Positions 37,190 through 50,311 of a DNA stretch of 64,000 nt are shown here, in pieces; the first letter of the stretch is position 1, and the number at the start of each line of letters is the position of its first letter. A program made the translations under genes and the position numbers. The notes below the pieces were generated by a model. That model made no database searches, was not told where the DNA came from, and worked only from the letters and a program-made list of their open reading frames with translations. Source of the stretch: Phyllobates terribilis (lineage: Eukaryota); assembly GCF_046119375.1 (NCBI RefSeq), contig NW_027362769.1, positions 52,762,001 through 52,826,000 of the forward strand, in the 5' to 3' direction.

Positions 37190-37880
37190 GCCTGCCCCCC
37201 CATATATCCATCCTGTCCCACCCCAACTGTATGTATCCATCCTGACACCCCCCCCCATATATCCAGTGTGGCCCCTTCATATATTTATCCTAGCCCACAT
37301 ATATCGAGCCTGCCCCCTCCCATATATCCATCCTAGCCCCCCATGTGTCCAGCCTGCCCCCCCATATAACCGTCCTAGCCCTCCATGTGTCCAGCCTGCC
37401 CCCCCATATATCCATCCTTGCCTCCATGTGTCCAGCCTGCCCCCTCCCATATATCCGTACTGGCCACCATGTGTCCAGCCTGACCCCTCCCATATATCCA
37501 TCCTGGTCTCAATATGTCCAGCCTGCCCCCTCCCATATATCTGTCCTGGCCACCATGTGTCCAGCTTGCCCCCCATATATCCGTCCTAGCCCCCCATGTG
37601 TCCAGCCTGCCCCCCATATATCCGTCCTGGCCTCCATGTGTCCATCCTGCCCCCTCCCATATATCTGTCCTGGTCTCCATATGTCCAGCCTGCCCCCTCC
37701 CATATATCTGTCCTGGCCACCTTGTGTCCAGCCTGCCCCCTCCCATATATCCGTCCTTGTCCCCATATGTCCAGCCTGCCCCCTCCCATATATTCGTCCT
37801 GGCCACCATGTGTCCAGCCTGCCCCCTCCCATATATCCATCCTGGCCTCCATGTGTTCAGCCTGCCCCCCATACATTCAT
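37190..37880. repeat. About 42-bp minisatellite
   Basis: TGTGTCCAGCCTGCCCCCTCCCATATATCCGTCCTGGCCACCA units. Confidence 0.95.
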
Positions 37881-38013
37881 CCCAGCCTCCATATACCCAG
37901 CCAGCCTCCTTCAGCGGCTGAGTTGCGCGCCTCCTTCACAGCAGGCGCATAACGATGACGTCATACGCCGGCCGGCGAAGGGAGATGCTGATGCATAGCT
38001 TCAGCTGCTTCAC

Positions 38014-39257
38014 TGGGACGTGCGCCGCAGGGGTTCAGGTAATGAACGCTGCGTGCGCGCGTCCCTGCATATGACTCGCCCAGGGGGATGGGGACGACTC
38101 TGTACCCGGGCCTTTGCCTGGCCTTGGGGATGTCGCGGTGGTCGGCTCCCGGGCCCGTACCCTGGGGTCAGCTTTTAAAAGGGGATTATTTGTTAACTCT
38201 ATGAAAGTTCGTGAAGCCACCTGTGGTTTCTGGTGAGAATCACCAGCGCTGCGGCTGTCCACTGAGGCCGGTGATAAAGCAGCTCGATGGTATAGCTCCC
38301 CACAGGTGGAGCTAGGCCTCAGGGCAGCGTACGGAGAGGGGGGATGCAGGACAGGCGAGACCTAGCCGGGTCAGAGCAAGAACAGGGACAGACACGATAG
38401 TCACTTCAGTACCTTTTACTGATGGAAATTCAGGCACGTCCCGGAGCACTGTAGGGTGAAGGGTGCATATCAGGATCCTCCCCAATGAGCGGGTGTAGGG
38501 CCTCCTGTTTCTTGCTTCTGCGTAGTAAGTGTCTGACCTGCCTGAAGCTAGGTCTAACTTTATCTCTGTCCTGCACCGGCTGACATTGTGGTAGGGTCTT
38601 CTCTTGGAGTGCACGCTCCCAGCTTACGGGGCCTATATGTCTCCTGGCTCTGTTACGTATCAGCTCTCTGGTGAACCTGGGACCTGTAGTTCTCCAGGGA
38701 TTCCGGTTATGCCTTACTGGGTCGTAGAGATCCCGGTAAGCTCGGACCCGGTGTCCGGTATATTATTCGGGGTGAGCTGGGTAAGCTCCTCTGCCCCCAC
38801 TGCTACTCACTTTCCACTCGCCTTCGGCCACGCTCGGGCCCTCACTAGGCTACTCACACTAATGGCAGCTTGCCGCTCTTCACCGCTCTTACAGGCGTCG
38901 GCACACCTTGGGCTCACTTACTTGAGCTCCTGAGTCTAGACTGGGCTTCAGGACCGCTGGAGGCCTAGCTTGCCTACACAGCAACCCTCGTGCTTCGCTG
39001 CACACACAGCCTTTCACTCTCTGTGCATTCCAGACTATCTGAGCTCGACTCTGTATTCAGGTCTGTACTTGTTGAACTCTACAGAGGAACTGCTTACTGC
39101 CTAGCTCCACCTTCCCTATTTATATCCATAACGGGCTCCCTCTGCTGGTCTGAGGTGGAAGGTGGAGATGTGTGAATGTTTATGGGGGCCTCTTGTGGAG
39201 GATTCCATTAATACACCCTTCTAGGATCTGTGGTACCAAGCGCAGCTGGGCGCCACA
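38014..39257 (-). mobile_element. Probable solo LTR (Gypsy-type)
   Basis: Minus strand reads TGTGGCGCCC...GCACGTCCCA (TG..CA), about 1.24 kb. Start resembles the LTRs at 6089 and 14577. TSD not resolved. Confidence 0.6.
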
Positions 39258-39406
39258 CATACACTGTGCCAGCGCTTTTAAAGGGCCCGTGCCCCTTAAA
39301 ACCGCAGTTTTTTTTTTCCGTTTCTCTTCTCACCCCTCTCCTCCGCAGCAGGGGACAGGGCCCACCGGGGAAATCCCGAATACCCCGCCAGCCCAGTCCG
39401 ACCCTG

Positions 39407-39850
39407 CTCTCAGCCCTGTATCCTCCAGCACTTATCCTCTCTCACTCTCAGCCCTGTATCCTCCAGCACTTATACTCTCTCTCTCAGCCCTGTAACCTCC
39501 AGCACTGATCCTCTCACTCAGCCCTGTATCCGCCAGCACTGATCCCCTCTCACTCTCAGCCCTGTATCCTCCAGCACCGATCCTCGCTCACTCTGAGCCC
39601 TGTATCCTCCAGCACTTATACTCTCTCACTCTCAGCCCTGTAGCCTCCAGCATTAATCCTCTCTCACTCTCAGCCCTGTAGCCTCCAGCACTGATCCTCT
39701 CTCTCTCAGCCCTGTAACCTCCAGCACTGATCCTCTCACTCAGCCCTGTATCCTCCAGCACTGATCCTCTCTCACTCTCAGCCCTGTATCCTCCAGCACC
39801 GATCCTCTCTCACTCTCAGCCCTGTATCCTCCAGCACTGATCCTCTCTCT
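39407..39850. repeat. About 37-bp minisatellite, right part
   Basis: Same unit as 34270-34397. Confidence 0.95.
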
Positions 39851-40271
39851 CTCCTGTCTAGACTGCTGCTTTCATTACTGCAGAGGAGGGAGCTCAGGGC
39901 TGGAATCTTAGTCTTGTTCTCCTCACAGCACTGGCCCCACCCTCCTCCTCTCATTGGTTTCTGTAGCTCCCATGCTTGAGTTCATTGGCTGGGAGCTACA
40001 GACAGCAGCTGTGATCTGGATCTGGTGCAGTCTCCTATTGAGGTATGTAAATTAGCCAGGCTGACCCTGAGCTGGAGCTGGGAGACTGGCAAATGCCTCC
40101 CTGTCCCTCACTGCTGGGACCAGAGAGATCTCTGCTGGTGTTCACAAGGAAAGAGGAGTTCAGGCCCCGCCTCCTTCTCCTGCTCCTGAGCTGTTCAGGT
40201 CCTGTCACCACATCAAAGGGGCTTCAGCAAATGCCAGAACTGCTAGATGGTTAGTCCCTCCCTGGTTGTAA

Positions 40272-42890
40272 GGCTATGTGCGCACGTTCAGTATTTAAAG
40301 AAGTTGTCCGGTACTTTTTTTAAATTGCCCAATGTATTCAGCATGTGGGCAGAAGTATATTTGTAAACACCTTGTGGTGCTGATAATGCCTGTGAGCGGC
40401 GCTATCGGTGGCCCCTTTAATTGCAGAAATTTCTGCAAGGTTTCTGCACCTCCTGGCAGGAAAAATGCAGTGGAAAAAAAACGTGCATTTTTGCTGCAAT
40501 TTGGTGTGTTTTTGAGGCGTTTTTGTACAGCAATGAATGCTTTTTGGAGCTAAATAAAGATTTTGGAAAAAGAAACATGGGACATCGCTTTAACCCTTGG
40601 ATTAACGTCGGACCTGGGGTGAGTATATTGGTTAATTTAAATGATTAAAGAATGTGTCTGTTGTATTTCAAATAAAGTGTTTTATTCTCGGTGTGTGTTT
40701 ATTTAACTCTTTACTTATAGGTTTAGTAATGAGGGTGTCTGGTTGACACCTCTTCATCACTAAGCAAAGGGCTTGGTGTCAGTGACACCTAATCCCATAA
40801 ACCCTAATCCTATTAGCCCTAATTCCCATTCATGTCATTTCTGGGGCAGCTGAGAGCTACTATTTTTAGCCTAGGAAGGGGCCATTATGCCAACATGTTC
40901 CCTGGCTATTAATAACCGCTCACAGCTGTTTGGTTAGCCGCTACGTCCCCACGATCAGCAACTAGCAGCGTTTTGGACACAGCATATTTTAGCTGCATCC
41001 AAAACACTGTGTTCTAATGCCGCACTTGTTTTGTCAGTACATACGGATCTTCCACATGTAATGACATTATAATCAGTCAAAATATGCAGCGGAGACTAGC
41101 GTTTCTGCTACAGAAATTGACATGCTGCAGGTGAGTTTGGGTACGTTCCCATGATTAGGAAATGCTGCGAGTTTGATACTGCGTATTTATGCAGAGTCAA
41201 ACCCGTAGTGGCCAGATGTTACAGCATAGTGGATGGTATTTCTAGAAATCCCATGTCCACTATGCGTGCATCTGAGGCTGCAAACAATGACATACGGCGT
41301 GTCTTTCAGGACCCACTTGAGGAGTCGCTAGTCTCCACAACAGAGATTTGACCACTAGACTGTATTGAATGCGGTAACTCCGCATGGTTCAGTGAACTTA
41401 CCTGCGTTCAATAGAACGCAGCGTTTTGGACGCAGCAAAAATATGCATCCAAAGCACTGCTACGTCCGGATCATGGGCACATAGCCTAAAATTTAAAAAA
41501 AAATGGCGTGGGCTCCCGTGTCATTTTCATAACCAGCAGAGGGAAAGTCAACCACTGGGGGCAGATCTTACTTGATGGGGAAGGGGCCATTAGCCAAAAA
41601 TGTTCCCTGGATATTAATAACAGCCCACAGCTGTTTTCTTAGCCTTTACTGGCTAGATTACAGGGGGACTCTAGAAAAAAATTGACGTAGGGTCCCCCTA
41701 TAAAATCTAACCAGCAAAAGCTAGGCTGACAGCTGTGGACTGATAATATCCAGGGAAGGGGCCATGGATCCTGGCCCCCTCCGAGGCTAATAATATCAGC
41801 TCTCAGCTGCCCCAGAACTGGCGTATCCATAAGATGCACCAAATCTGGCGCTTAGCCTCCGCTTTTCCCACTTGCCCTGATGCAGTGGTAAGTGGGGTAA
41901 TAGGGTTGGGGTTTATGTCAGCCTTGTATTGGCAGCTGACATGAAGCCCAGATTAGTAACAGAGGGCGTCTATAAGACATCCCCATTACTAACCCCGTAG
42001 TAAAGTTTTTGAAATAAAGACATAAAGTCTTTTATTTTAAATACAATTACACACGGTTTTAATCATTTATTTAAGAATAAAATACTCCGTATTCTCACCT
42101 AACGCTATTGTCACCTGTAAGAAACCAAAAATAAAAAACAACCATGTCCCTCACGTGTCCACTGTGATGACATAATCCAGTGTCCAACGACGATCTGGGT
42201 CACCTCTACAGCAGTCCTACCAGCAATCACTGATGTGACTGTTGTAGAGGACAGCACTCTATACACTGATAGGAATGTAAACACTCCTGTCACTGAATAG
42301 CGCTGAGCTGCTGGGACTGAGGTCACTGGACTTCAGTCAGCTGATGATCAGCTGATAAGCTCCAGTTAGCTCATTTACTGCATCAGTGTTGCGTGTGAAA
42401 AATCTCACGCAGCACCGGTGCTGTAAGTGAGGTCACCGAAGCTCGTCAGCTGATTGAACTCCAGTGACCTCTCGTCCCGGCAGCTCAGCGCTATACACTG
42501 CTGGGAGCAATCATGCTCCTGCCAGTGTATAGAGAGCTGCCAGTTGATCGGATTGCCGTGATGACGGTGGTAGGTGAGTATGAAGTGTTTTTTTATTTTA
42601 ATATCGAGTTATATTAACTTTTTTTTTTTTCACACTGCGCACAGACGCCGGCTGAGGAGACTACTTCTCCCCCAGCTGCGCCTACTCCGACTATTGTCAG
42701 TGGGAGAGGCTGTAGGAGGATGAGAAGGGAGAAGTAGTCTCCCGCGGGCAATTCTTTGTGTATTTTTGCTGCATTTTTGACTCATTGACTTGAATTGAGC
42801 CAGTCAAATACACAAATATTTTTATACCTGCGTTTTTGCTGCGGATTTGACTGAGTCAATTGAAGTCAATGGGTGAAAAGCGCCTTCGGG
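40272..42890. mobile_element. Degenerate Harbinger-type non-autonomous element(s); inner MITE at about 40937-41486
   Basis: TAA|GGCTATGTGCGCAC start. Inner element ends GGGCACATAGCC|TAA. Right boundary approximate. Confidence 0.5.
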
Positions 42891-43838
42891 TTTGTGATCC
42901 TGGGGGAGGGGGGGGTGTCAGATTCTTGTGAGATTCTGTATTTTCTGACTTCTACCAGGACCTGTACTCCACTCAGGTTGAGTATCCAGAGTACACTCTA
43001 GAAGAATATCTCGATGACAGCATAAATCTCGTGATCCTCGGAGAGGAAAGTGCTGCAGTCCTAGAGACTCCTATTACTGAAGAAGAGATAGTGGAAGCAG
43101 CCAGAGTTATGGCACGAGGGAAGTCTCCGGGTCTAGATGAACTCACTCTGGGAGTCTAAGATATTTAGACCAACTGGCCCTTCAGCTTCTTAAAGTATAT
43201 AATTGCTCAATGAAACATGGCTTTCTACCCAAATCTTTCTACAATGCCAATATTGTGGTAATACTAAAACCAAATAAGCCTCCAGAAGATTATGCATCAT
43301 ATAGGCCCATATCTCTAACAAATTTAGATGATAAAATTTTGACCAAAATTCTAGTGAATAGACTAAAGCAATTCACAAAATTAGTCACCCAGACCAGTGC
43401 GGATTTATTCCAGGTTGGTCTACAGCCTATAATGTAAAGAGAGCACAGGTAATTGTACAGTTGGGTTGGAAAAGACAGGAAGATTGAGCCTTGGCATCTC
43501 TGGATGCTGCTAAGGCATTTAATTCGGCTGAGTGGGCCTACCTTAAGAAGGCCCTTCGACAATTTGACTTTGGACCGGGCTTCAGAAGGTGGATTGCAGT
43601 CTTGTATCGATCTCCAAAAGCAAAGTTCCTGATTAATGGTTTTATGCCCATGTTGGTTCCCTTGGGGAGAGGGACCAGACAGGGATGCCTTCAGTTACCC
43701 CTTTTGTTTGTCATTGCCATGGAACCACTAGATGTCAGTATCCATAAGACTACAAGGTATCAAAGGATTAAAGTGGGTTCTCATAAGGACTGCTTGGTGT
43801 TATATGCGGATGATTTAATCCTGTTTATGGCAGTCCAA

Positions 43839-44561
43839 CAGTATTTTGCGGATTATAAAACGCACCCCAAATTTTGGTGTGCAAAATAGGAAATTTTTTT
43901 ATTTTTTATTTTTTTATTTTAATAAAATGGTGCGCCTTATAATCATTTTTACCTGGGTGGCAGTGCTGGTGGAGAGGGGGTTACACATACCGGAGATTGG
44001 CGGAAGCGGCTGCTGCAGGAGTCAGGAGATGCTGCAGGTCCCATCCTCAGAAGAAGTGTGGCTGATTCAAGGCGGTGGTGGCGGCGGCGGTAGCGGGGCG
44101 ATGCTGCGGCCCCGTCCTCAGAAGAAGTGTCGCTGATTCAAGGCGGTGGCAGTGGCCTCCGGAGCATGCACAGATTGAGATCTCGAGAGACGAGATCTAG
44201 TCTCCCGAGATCTCAATCTGCGCATGCAAAGGCGGCCATTTTGCCAAAACACAGTGCATGGCTATGTACGGGATAGGGAAGCTCGCCTCCGCTCACCGCC
44301 AACTTCTGAGGATGGGGCTGCAGCATCGCCCTGCTACCGCCTCCACCACCACCGCCTTCAATCGGCGACGCTTCTTCTGAGGACGGGGCCCGCAGCAACG
44401 CCCCCCTGCCGCCGCAGTCGCCATCAACCTCCTTTATCTGGGACCCTGATCTAACGTCGCCCCCCAGGTAAAACACCGTAAGTTTGCATTATAAGACGAA
44501 CCCCCTTTTTCCTCCCAAATTTTTGGGAAAAAAAGTTTATCTTATAATCCGCAAAATACGG
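43839..44561. mobile_element. pogo/Tigger-type MITE
   Basis: CAGTATTTTGCGGATTATAA...TTATAATCCGCAAAATACGG|TA; interrupts L1 just after YADD. Confidence 0.75.
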
Positions 44562-45039
44562 TAAACTGCCTTTGGTAATGGATCTGATTAATGATTTTGG
44601 CCGGTTCTCTGGTCTAAAAATAAACTGGCAACAATCCATGTTGTTACCTCTAAGCACCATGGGATGGAAAGTAGGGAAAGAATTCTGCAGGTTATGAATA
44701 GTATCCCACTTTAAATATTTAGGTATTCCCATAGCAAAAAAATCACACGCAACTCCATGATTTAAATATATCCCCTCTTTTGTCATATCTGCGGGTGAAA
44801 ATTAGATTATAGGGAGCCCTCCCTCTGTTAGCAGCTGGGAGAATCAATGTAATTAAAATGATAGTCCTCCCTAAATTCCTATATGTTCTGCAACCTCCAT
44901 AGTCCCACAAAAGATCTTTGCCATAATAAATTCCCATTTAGCATCCTTCATATGGGTTTCAAACAGACACAAACTGACACTGACCACTCTTCAGAGGCCC
45001 AGGGATGAGGCACGTGAAACATTCCTGGACTTCTTCTAA

Positions 45040-45242
45040 GGCCACGGCCCCACTATCAGTATTTGGTCAGTATTCGGTCAGTATTTTTTCTCTCTAGTGG
45101 GAGCCAAAACCAGGTGAGGAACAATCAGAGAAAAGGTATAATAGAAACAAGTCACCAATTCTGTATTTATCACCCACTCCTGGTTTTGGCTCCCGCTCCT
45201 GAGAAAAAATACTGACCAAATACTGATAGTGGAGTCATGGGC
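45040..45242 (+). mobile_element. Small PIF/Harbinger-type MITE
   Basis: TAA|GGCCACGGCCCCACT...|TAA; homologous to 35921-36112. Confidence 0.85.
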
Positions 45243-48019
45243 TAATACTGCTTAGCAGGCCAACTTCGCTTTCTACAACACTGGATACTAGATAATCATT
45301 TGCCTAAATTTGAATACCACTTTGTGCATGGTTTGAGTCTTCAGAGTCTTGGAGGCACCAGAGCAATAGTCACGCTCATTCTTGCCAATTCACAGACTTG
45401 CAGTTCAAGCGTGGGGAGCAGCCAAAAAGGTTTTCAATTTTAAGGACACAGTAGCCGAGTCTCCCTTATGGCATAACAGTGCTCTTCCCGAATTGCTACA
45501 TTCCCAGGATGCTTAGTTTTGGTCGAACTTAGTGGTCAAGACACTGACACGTGTATATCCAGGGTGTTCTTAATTCCTTTGATCAATGTAAATAACTCTA
45601 TCAAGCCCCAGACATGCTTTCTTTATGTATCTGCAACTAAGGCATGCCCTAAATACCCAGTTACCAGACATTGTAAATTCTCTCATATCCTCATACCCCC
45701 TGATTGGGATTCTAAGGAGCCAGGGACTCAAGGGGTTGATCTCCTTTTTATACACCCAGTTACTAAGCAGGAGATAATCCTCAATGTCATTGTTGGTTGA
45801 GGCCAAATGGAGGACAGTAATACCCTCCCTATCAGAGGAGGATTCACCTTCAATTAATAACAAGCTAGTGGAAATGTATATAGTCCGTCAATGCTACCTG
45901 ACTCCTAGCAGGTTATATAAACGGGTAGATCCAGAACTGCCGATTGCCATAGGTGTGGGGAAGACGCGTCAGATTTTATATACCTGATGTGGTCTTGTTG
46001 CCCTCCTATTGCTGATCTTCGGAAAGAGGTCATAGCTATCCTCATCGAGATCATACAACCCCCTGTACTACTCTGCCCTAAGGTGTGATTATTAGTAATC
46101 CTTGATGAGGAGACCTGGCCTCACTACCCTCGCACTCGTCTCAGGGAAACATTGTTTTTGGCTAGCAAGGCTATCGCCATGAGATGGATGGATAGAAGAC
46201 CCCCATGAATTTCACACTGGATAAATATGGTAAATACTGCAGCTTCCTATGAGAGGGTGATATATAAAAATAGATACCGTCTTGAAAAATTTCCTAAAAT
46301 ATGGAAGGCCTTGGTTTGATGCCCCCCTTGACTCACATTAATCTCCAGGTGATGAGGAGTATTCTCTCATGATAAAGTATGTGATATTTGGTGCCTAACA
46401 TAGGTGTCTTATGGTTTTGGTTAAGATATTAGACACATGGTATGTTAAGAGCAAGGTTAACTTTGTCAGACAGCATTAATGAGAAATGCTTTTTGTTCTA
46501 TGATGTAACCTTGTTATGTTGTATAATCTTCAATAAGACGAGTTAAAAAAACAACAACATGATTTTCTAATGACAAATTCCCCTTAAATGGTTTAATTCT
46601 ACCTGCCACTAGGTGGAGTTTAGGACGCACAGATCAATTGAGTTAAATTACAATGTAATCTTATGTCTATGGAGGGTATTTGGAAATCTCTATAACGGAA
46701 AACAGATGACATATAGACTGGTCACATACACTTTAATCAGAAGACCAGCACTAGTAATCCTGGAGCACAGCAGAATCAGTAAGGTAACATTACAAACTTT
46801 GGCAATAAAGATGAAGAATTGATTCTGTCCTTGGTCCTTGTTGTTGATGGTGTGTCTGTGATAATCATACATTTTATGTCCGTCACTTGCCCCAGCATGT
46901 GATGTCACCATGAGCAAAATGCAAATAGAGAACACATTATATTGTATTGCTGCTATTAACCATTGCCTTGCTGGAAGATACCAGCCTACATAACCAAGAG
47001 CCAGGAAAACAGGGTATCTGTGTCGACCAGCAAGACCTGCTCCACTGTATGGTCACCTATGGTCTGTGCTGTTCACACAGACCTTTGGCTTAGAGAACCC
47101 ACCTCACCAGGTGAGCGCTTAACATAAATTGTGTGTACTCTGTTGGATTTGTTATCATTCAAATTCTTTCTCCCCTTCACACAGCCATAGAGTTAATGAC
47201 AGGCAATTGGTATGGCCAGAATACTGTATATTGCAAGGAAAACTATTGCTTCTCACTGGATATAACCTACTCCACCATCCATTGGTGAATTTATTAATAA
47301 AGTAAATGGGTTTATACATTTAGAAAAAGGAATTTCTAAAAAAAGAAATTAATTAAAAAAAATTATATTTGGGTTCCTTGGATCAGCACCCCTGGACTAG
47401 CATCGAGAATCCTATTGTTGGAAAATATTTTCACCTCTCTACACTACACTAACTTTCCCTTTTTAGGCTTGTAATAAACAGTGACACTTGCTGGGTGGCA
47501 GATAACTTTTGTTACACGTTCAATCAGAGGAATTACGCTTGGTCTTTTTTTGCATATATGGAAATGGCAAAATCAGATGTAAAGAAGATACTCTTTCATC
47601 TTCCTATATAAAAACAGTTCCAGGACTTGTGTTTCGGAAGGAAGGGGATGGGGGTTATCATCTTTTCTGTTCTTGTATGTGATTTTTTCATGGAGATGTT
47701 CCCTGTGATTGTAATTATTTGAAAAATGTTTAAAAAGAATCTGATTAAAAAAAATAAAGTTAATGACAAAATTTTGACTGTCATTAGGGGTAGCTAAATA
47801 CAGCATTGATACTTATACAGAGAATCGTTGCTCATACCAACCAACTTCAACGTTTAATGTCCAAAATGCAGGTTTGCTGCATATTTCATAGTTGTTCAAG
47901 TGAAAATTAGATCCTTCTGAATGGGATTTGTTTCATGAACATGAACTTTTGCAAAGCCTATTCAGATAAATGGAACAGTCGCTAACATTTCTGCAACAAA
48001 TCAGCCAAGAGTGCTTTAA

Positions 48020-48455
48020 AGAAGCACTCCTCTTATCAAAGTTTGTATCCTCTTAATATATTGCAATCATATTATACAGCACTGTGCACTTACAATTGCT
48101 CATTTTGCCCTTCTATCAAGCTAATTATTCTCTTTTCTCTGCTTATGTAGAAACAGGATGTCTCTTGTCCCTGCAGAAATCATTCCCTTCTTCACCAGCT
48201 GCTCCATCCTCCCCTGTCATTGACTTCTGCAGTGACTTCTGACTCGTACATGGAAAATTGACCTCCTGTTTCTACATAGAGCTTAGAAGGATTCAGCTAG
48301 TCAGTTTTTAATCACGTGATGTCAAAGACCTAATGGATAACAGAAGAATTAGCTGGGTAGAAAGGCAAAATGAGCAATTGTAAGTGCACAGTGCTATGTA
48401 ATATGATGACTGCAATATATTAAGAGGATACAAATTTTGATGGAGGAGTGCTTCT
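48020..48455. mobile_element. T2/Kolobok-type MITE
   Basis: TTAA|AGAAGCACTCC...GGAGTGCTTCT|TTAA. Confidence 0.85.
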
Positions 48456-50311
48456 TTAAAGGGGTTCATCCCTCATTATCAGCACAAGAGCACCATCATC
48501 TTCAGTACAAGGGCACCACTACCTTGCCTACTGACTTCCTGCATGATCAACAGTTCGGACCGGCAATATTGTCTCACCGATGGCCTAAATTATGCAAGCC
48601 TAATGCTGCTATATGAGGCAGCTTTGACCTTGCAACATCGGAACAGTGTGCTAGCACTAAACCTGACCAGGATCAGGATAACAGCAAACCTGGCTAGCTT
48701 CAGTGCAGTGCTTACAAGCTCAATGCAAATGAGCTTGTCCACACTATACATGTCTGTTCACTCCTGCCAGTTGGTAGCAGTGGCTGGTAACCTGTGCAAT
48801 GAGCTGTAGACCAACAGCAAAATAGTAATTATCCAAAGAACTGTGCACAATTTTAATGAAAAGTGAATGGGTAAGTTGGTTGTTTTTACAAGCACATTCC
48901 TATTAGATCCATCTTTTAAGGCAGCGGTAGGGAACCTTAGGTTTGCGGACTGTTTAGGGCCCTTGACTTTTTATCTGACCACCGGGCAGATTCCCGGTGA
49001 CTGTAGTGTTTGGGCCAGCAGCTGTATTGTGATGGCCGCTGGCCCATTAATTTCTTCTTGCTCTGTGAGCATGCGCACACAATGTTCACTACTGAATGCT
49101 GAGGCGCATGCAATGAAAAATGACGTCCTGACACCAGTGCCAGCGTCAGGACGCACTTTGTAGAGTTAGCGCACAATTTGTACGGCCCACGAAGGACTGT
49201 ATAAATATTCCAATGGCTCTTGGCAGAAAAAAAAAAAGATTCCCCACCCCTGTCGTGGCAGGTAAAAATACAGTAGCCCGTCTGTGTCTGCCTCTGACTA
49301 ACTAGTACCTCCCTCCTCCTCTCTCGCTACACATATCTTACCTCAGTGATCTGAAAATCTGTCTTCTCTGAGGGTGAAAGGAGAAAGAAGTAAATTTCTC
49401 TTCGCTGGATCCAGTATCTTAAAGGGAACCTGTCATATTGAAAATATCTGATCTGCAGGGAGGATGTAATGGAACAATAAGAGCTGATCAGATCGATGTA
49501 CACCGTATTCCAAATTATTATGCAAATTGGATTTAAGTGTCATAAAGATGTATTTTTGGGTTTTTCAAATAAATTCATGGATGGTATTGTGTCAGGGCTC
49601 TTTGGATCACTAAAATCTCAAACACCTGTGATAATTAATTTGCCAAGTTCCACGTTATTAAGCAGGCCACAGGTTTCAAGCAATATGGGAAAGAAAAGGG
49701 ATCTCTCTGCTGCCGAAAAGCATCAAATAGTGCAAATTCACCGGAGCAGCTGGTGAAATACCATTATAAAGCAGAAAACAGGTATTTGAAGTTCTTGGTG
49801 CCTCTGGGAGTCCTGCAAACCTCAAGGTGTAGGATCCTCCAGAAGCTTGTAGTTGTGCATAAACCTACTATTTGGCCGCCTCCAAACAGTACTCACAAAC
49901 AGAAATGGTTGCAGTTGGCCCAGACATACATGAAGACTAATTTTTAAACAGTCTTGTTTACTGATGAGTGACGTGCAACCCTGGATGGTCCAAACGGATG
50001 GAGTAATAGATGTTTGGTGGATGGCCACCATGTCCCAACCAGGCTGGAACATCAGCAAGGAGGTGGTGGAGACATGGTTTGGGTCGGAATCATGGAGAGA
50101 GATCTGGTAGGCCCCTTTAGTGTCCCTGAAGGTGTGAAAATGACCCCGGCAAAGTACATAGTGTTTCGGAATTACCACTTTCTTCCATGGTACAAAAAGA
50201 ATAACTGAGCCTGTCGTAACAAAATCATTTTAATGCACCATCTCAAGCTGCAAAGCATACCTTTTAGTCATTGGCTGCTATGGGCATGAAAGGAGAGAAA
50301 CCCATGGTGTA

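Larger units (their letters stand above)
34398..39406. mobile_element. Large non-autonomous hAT element with nested MITEs, an LTR and tandem repeats
   Basis: CAGGGTCGGACTGG...CCAGTCCGACCCTG; 8-bp TSD CTCTCAGC (34390-34397 / 39407-39414). Confidence 0.9.
42890..46550 (+). pseudogene. 5'-truncated L1/Tx1-like LINE ORF2 fragment, heavily degraded
   Basis: ANIVVILKPNK...YRPISLTNLDDKILTKIL, SLDAAKAF, RGTRQGC, YADDL, GRINVIKMIVLPKFLY. Ends in an AATAA/A-rich tail near 46550. Interrupted by two MITEs. Confidence 0.9.

Noticed and set aside
37266-37998. Overlapping repetitive ORFs
   Set aside because: Translations of the 42-bp tandem repeat.
47620-47665. GAAAC-ACAA-GTC on the minus strand as a hammerhead
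   Set aside because: No CUGANGA-type core and no stems I/II in the right positions.
48543-48809. 88-aa ORF in unique sequence, and a donor-like CAG|GTGAGC near 47110, as host exons (for example fam117b)
   Set aside because: No recognisable protein similarity in any frame I translated.
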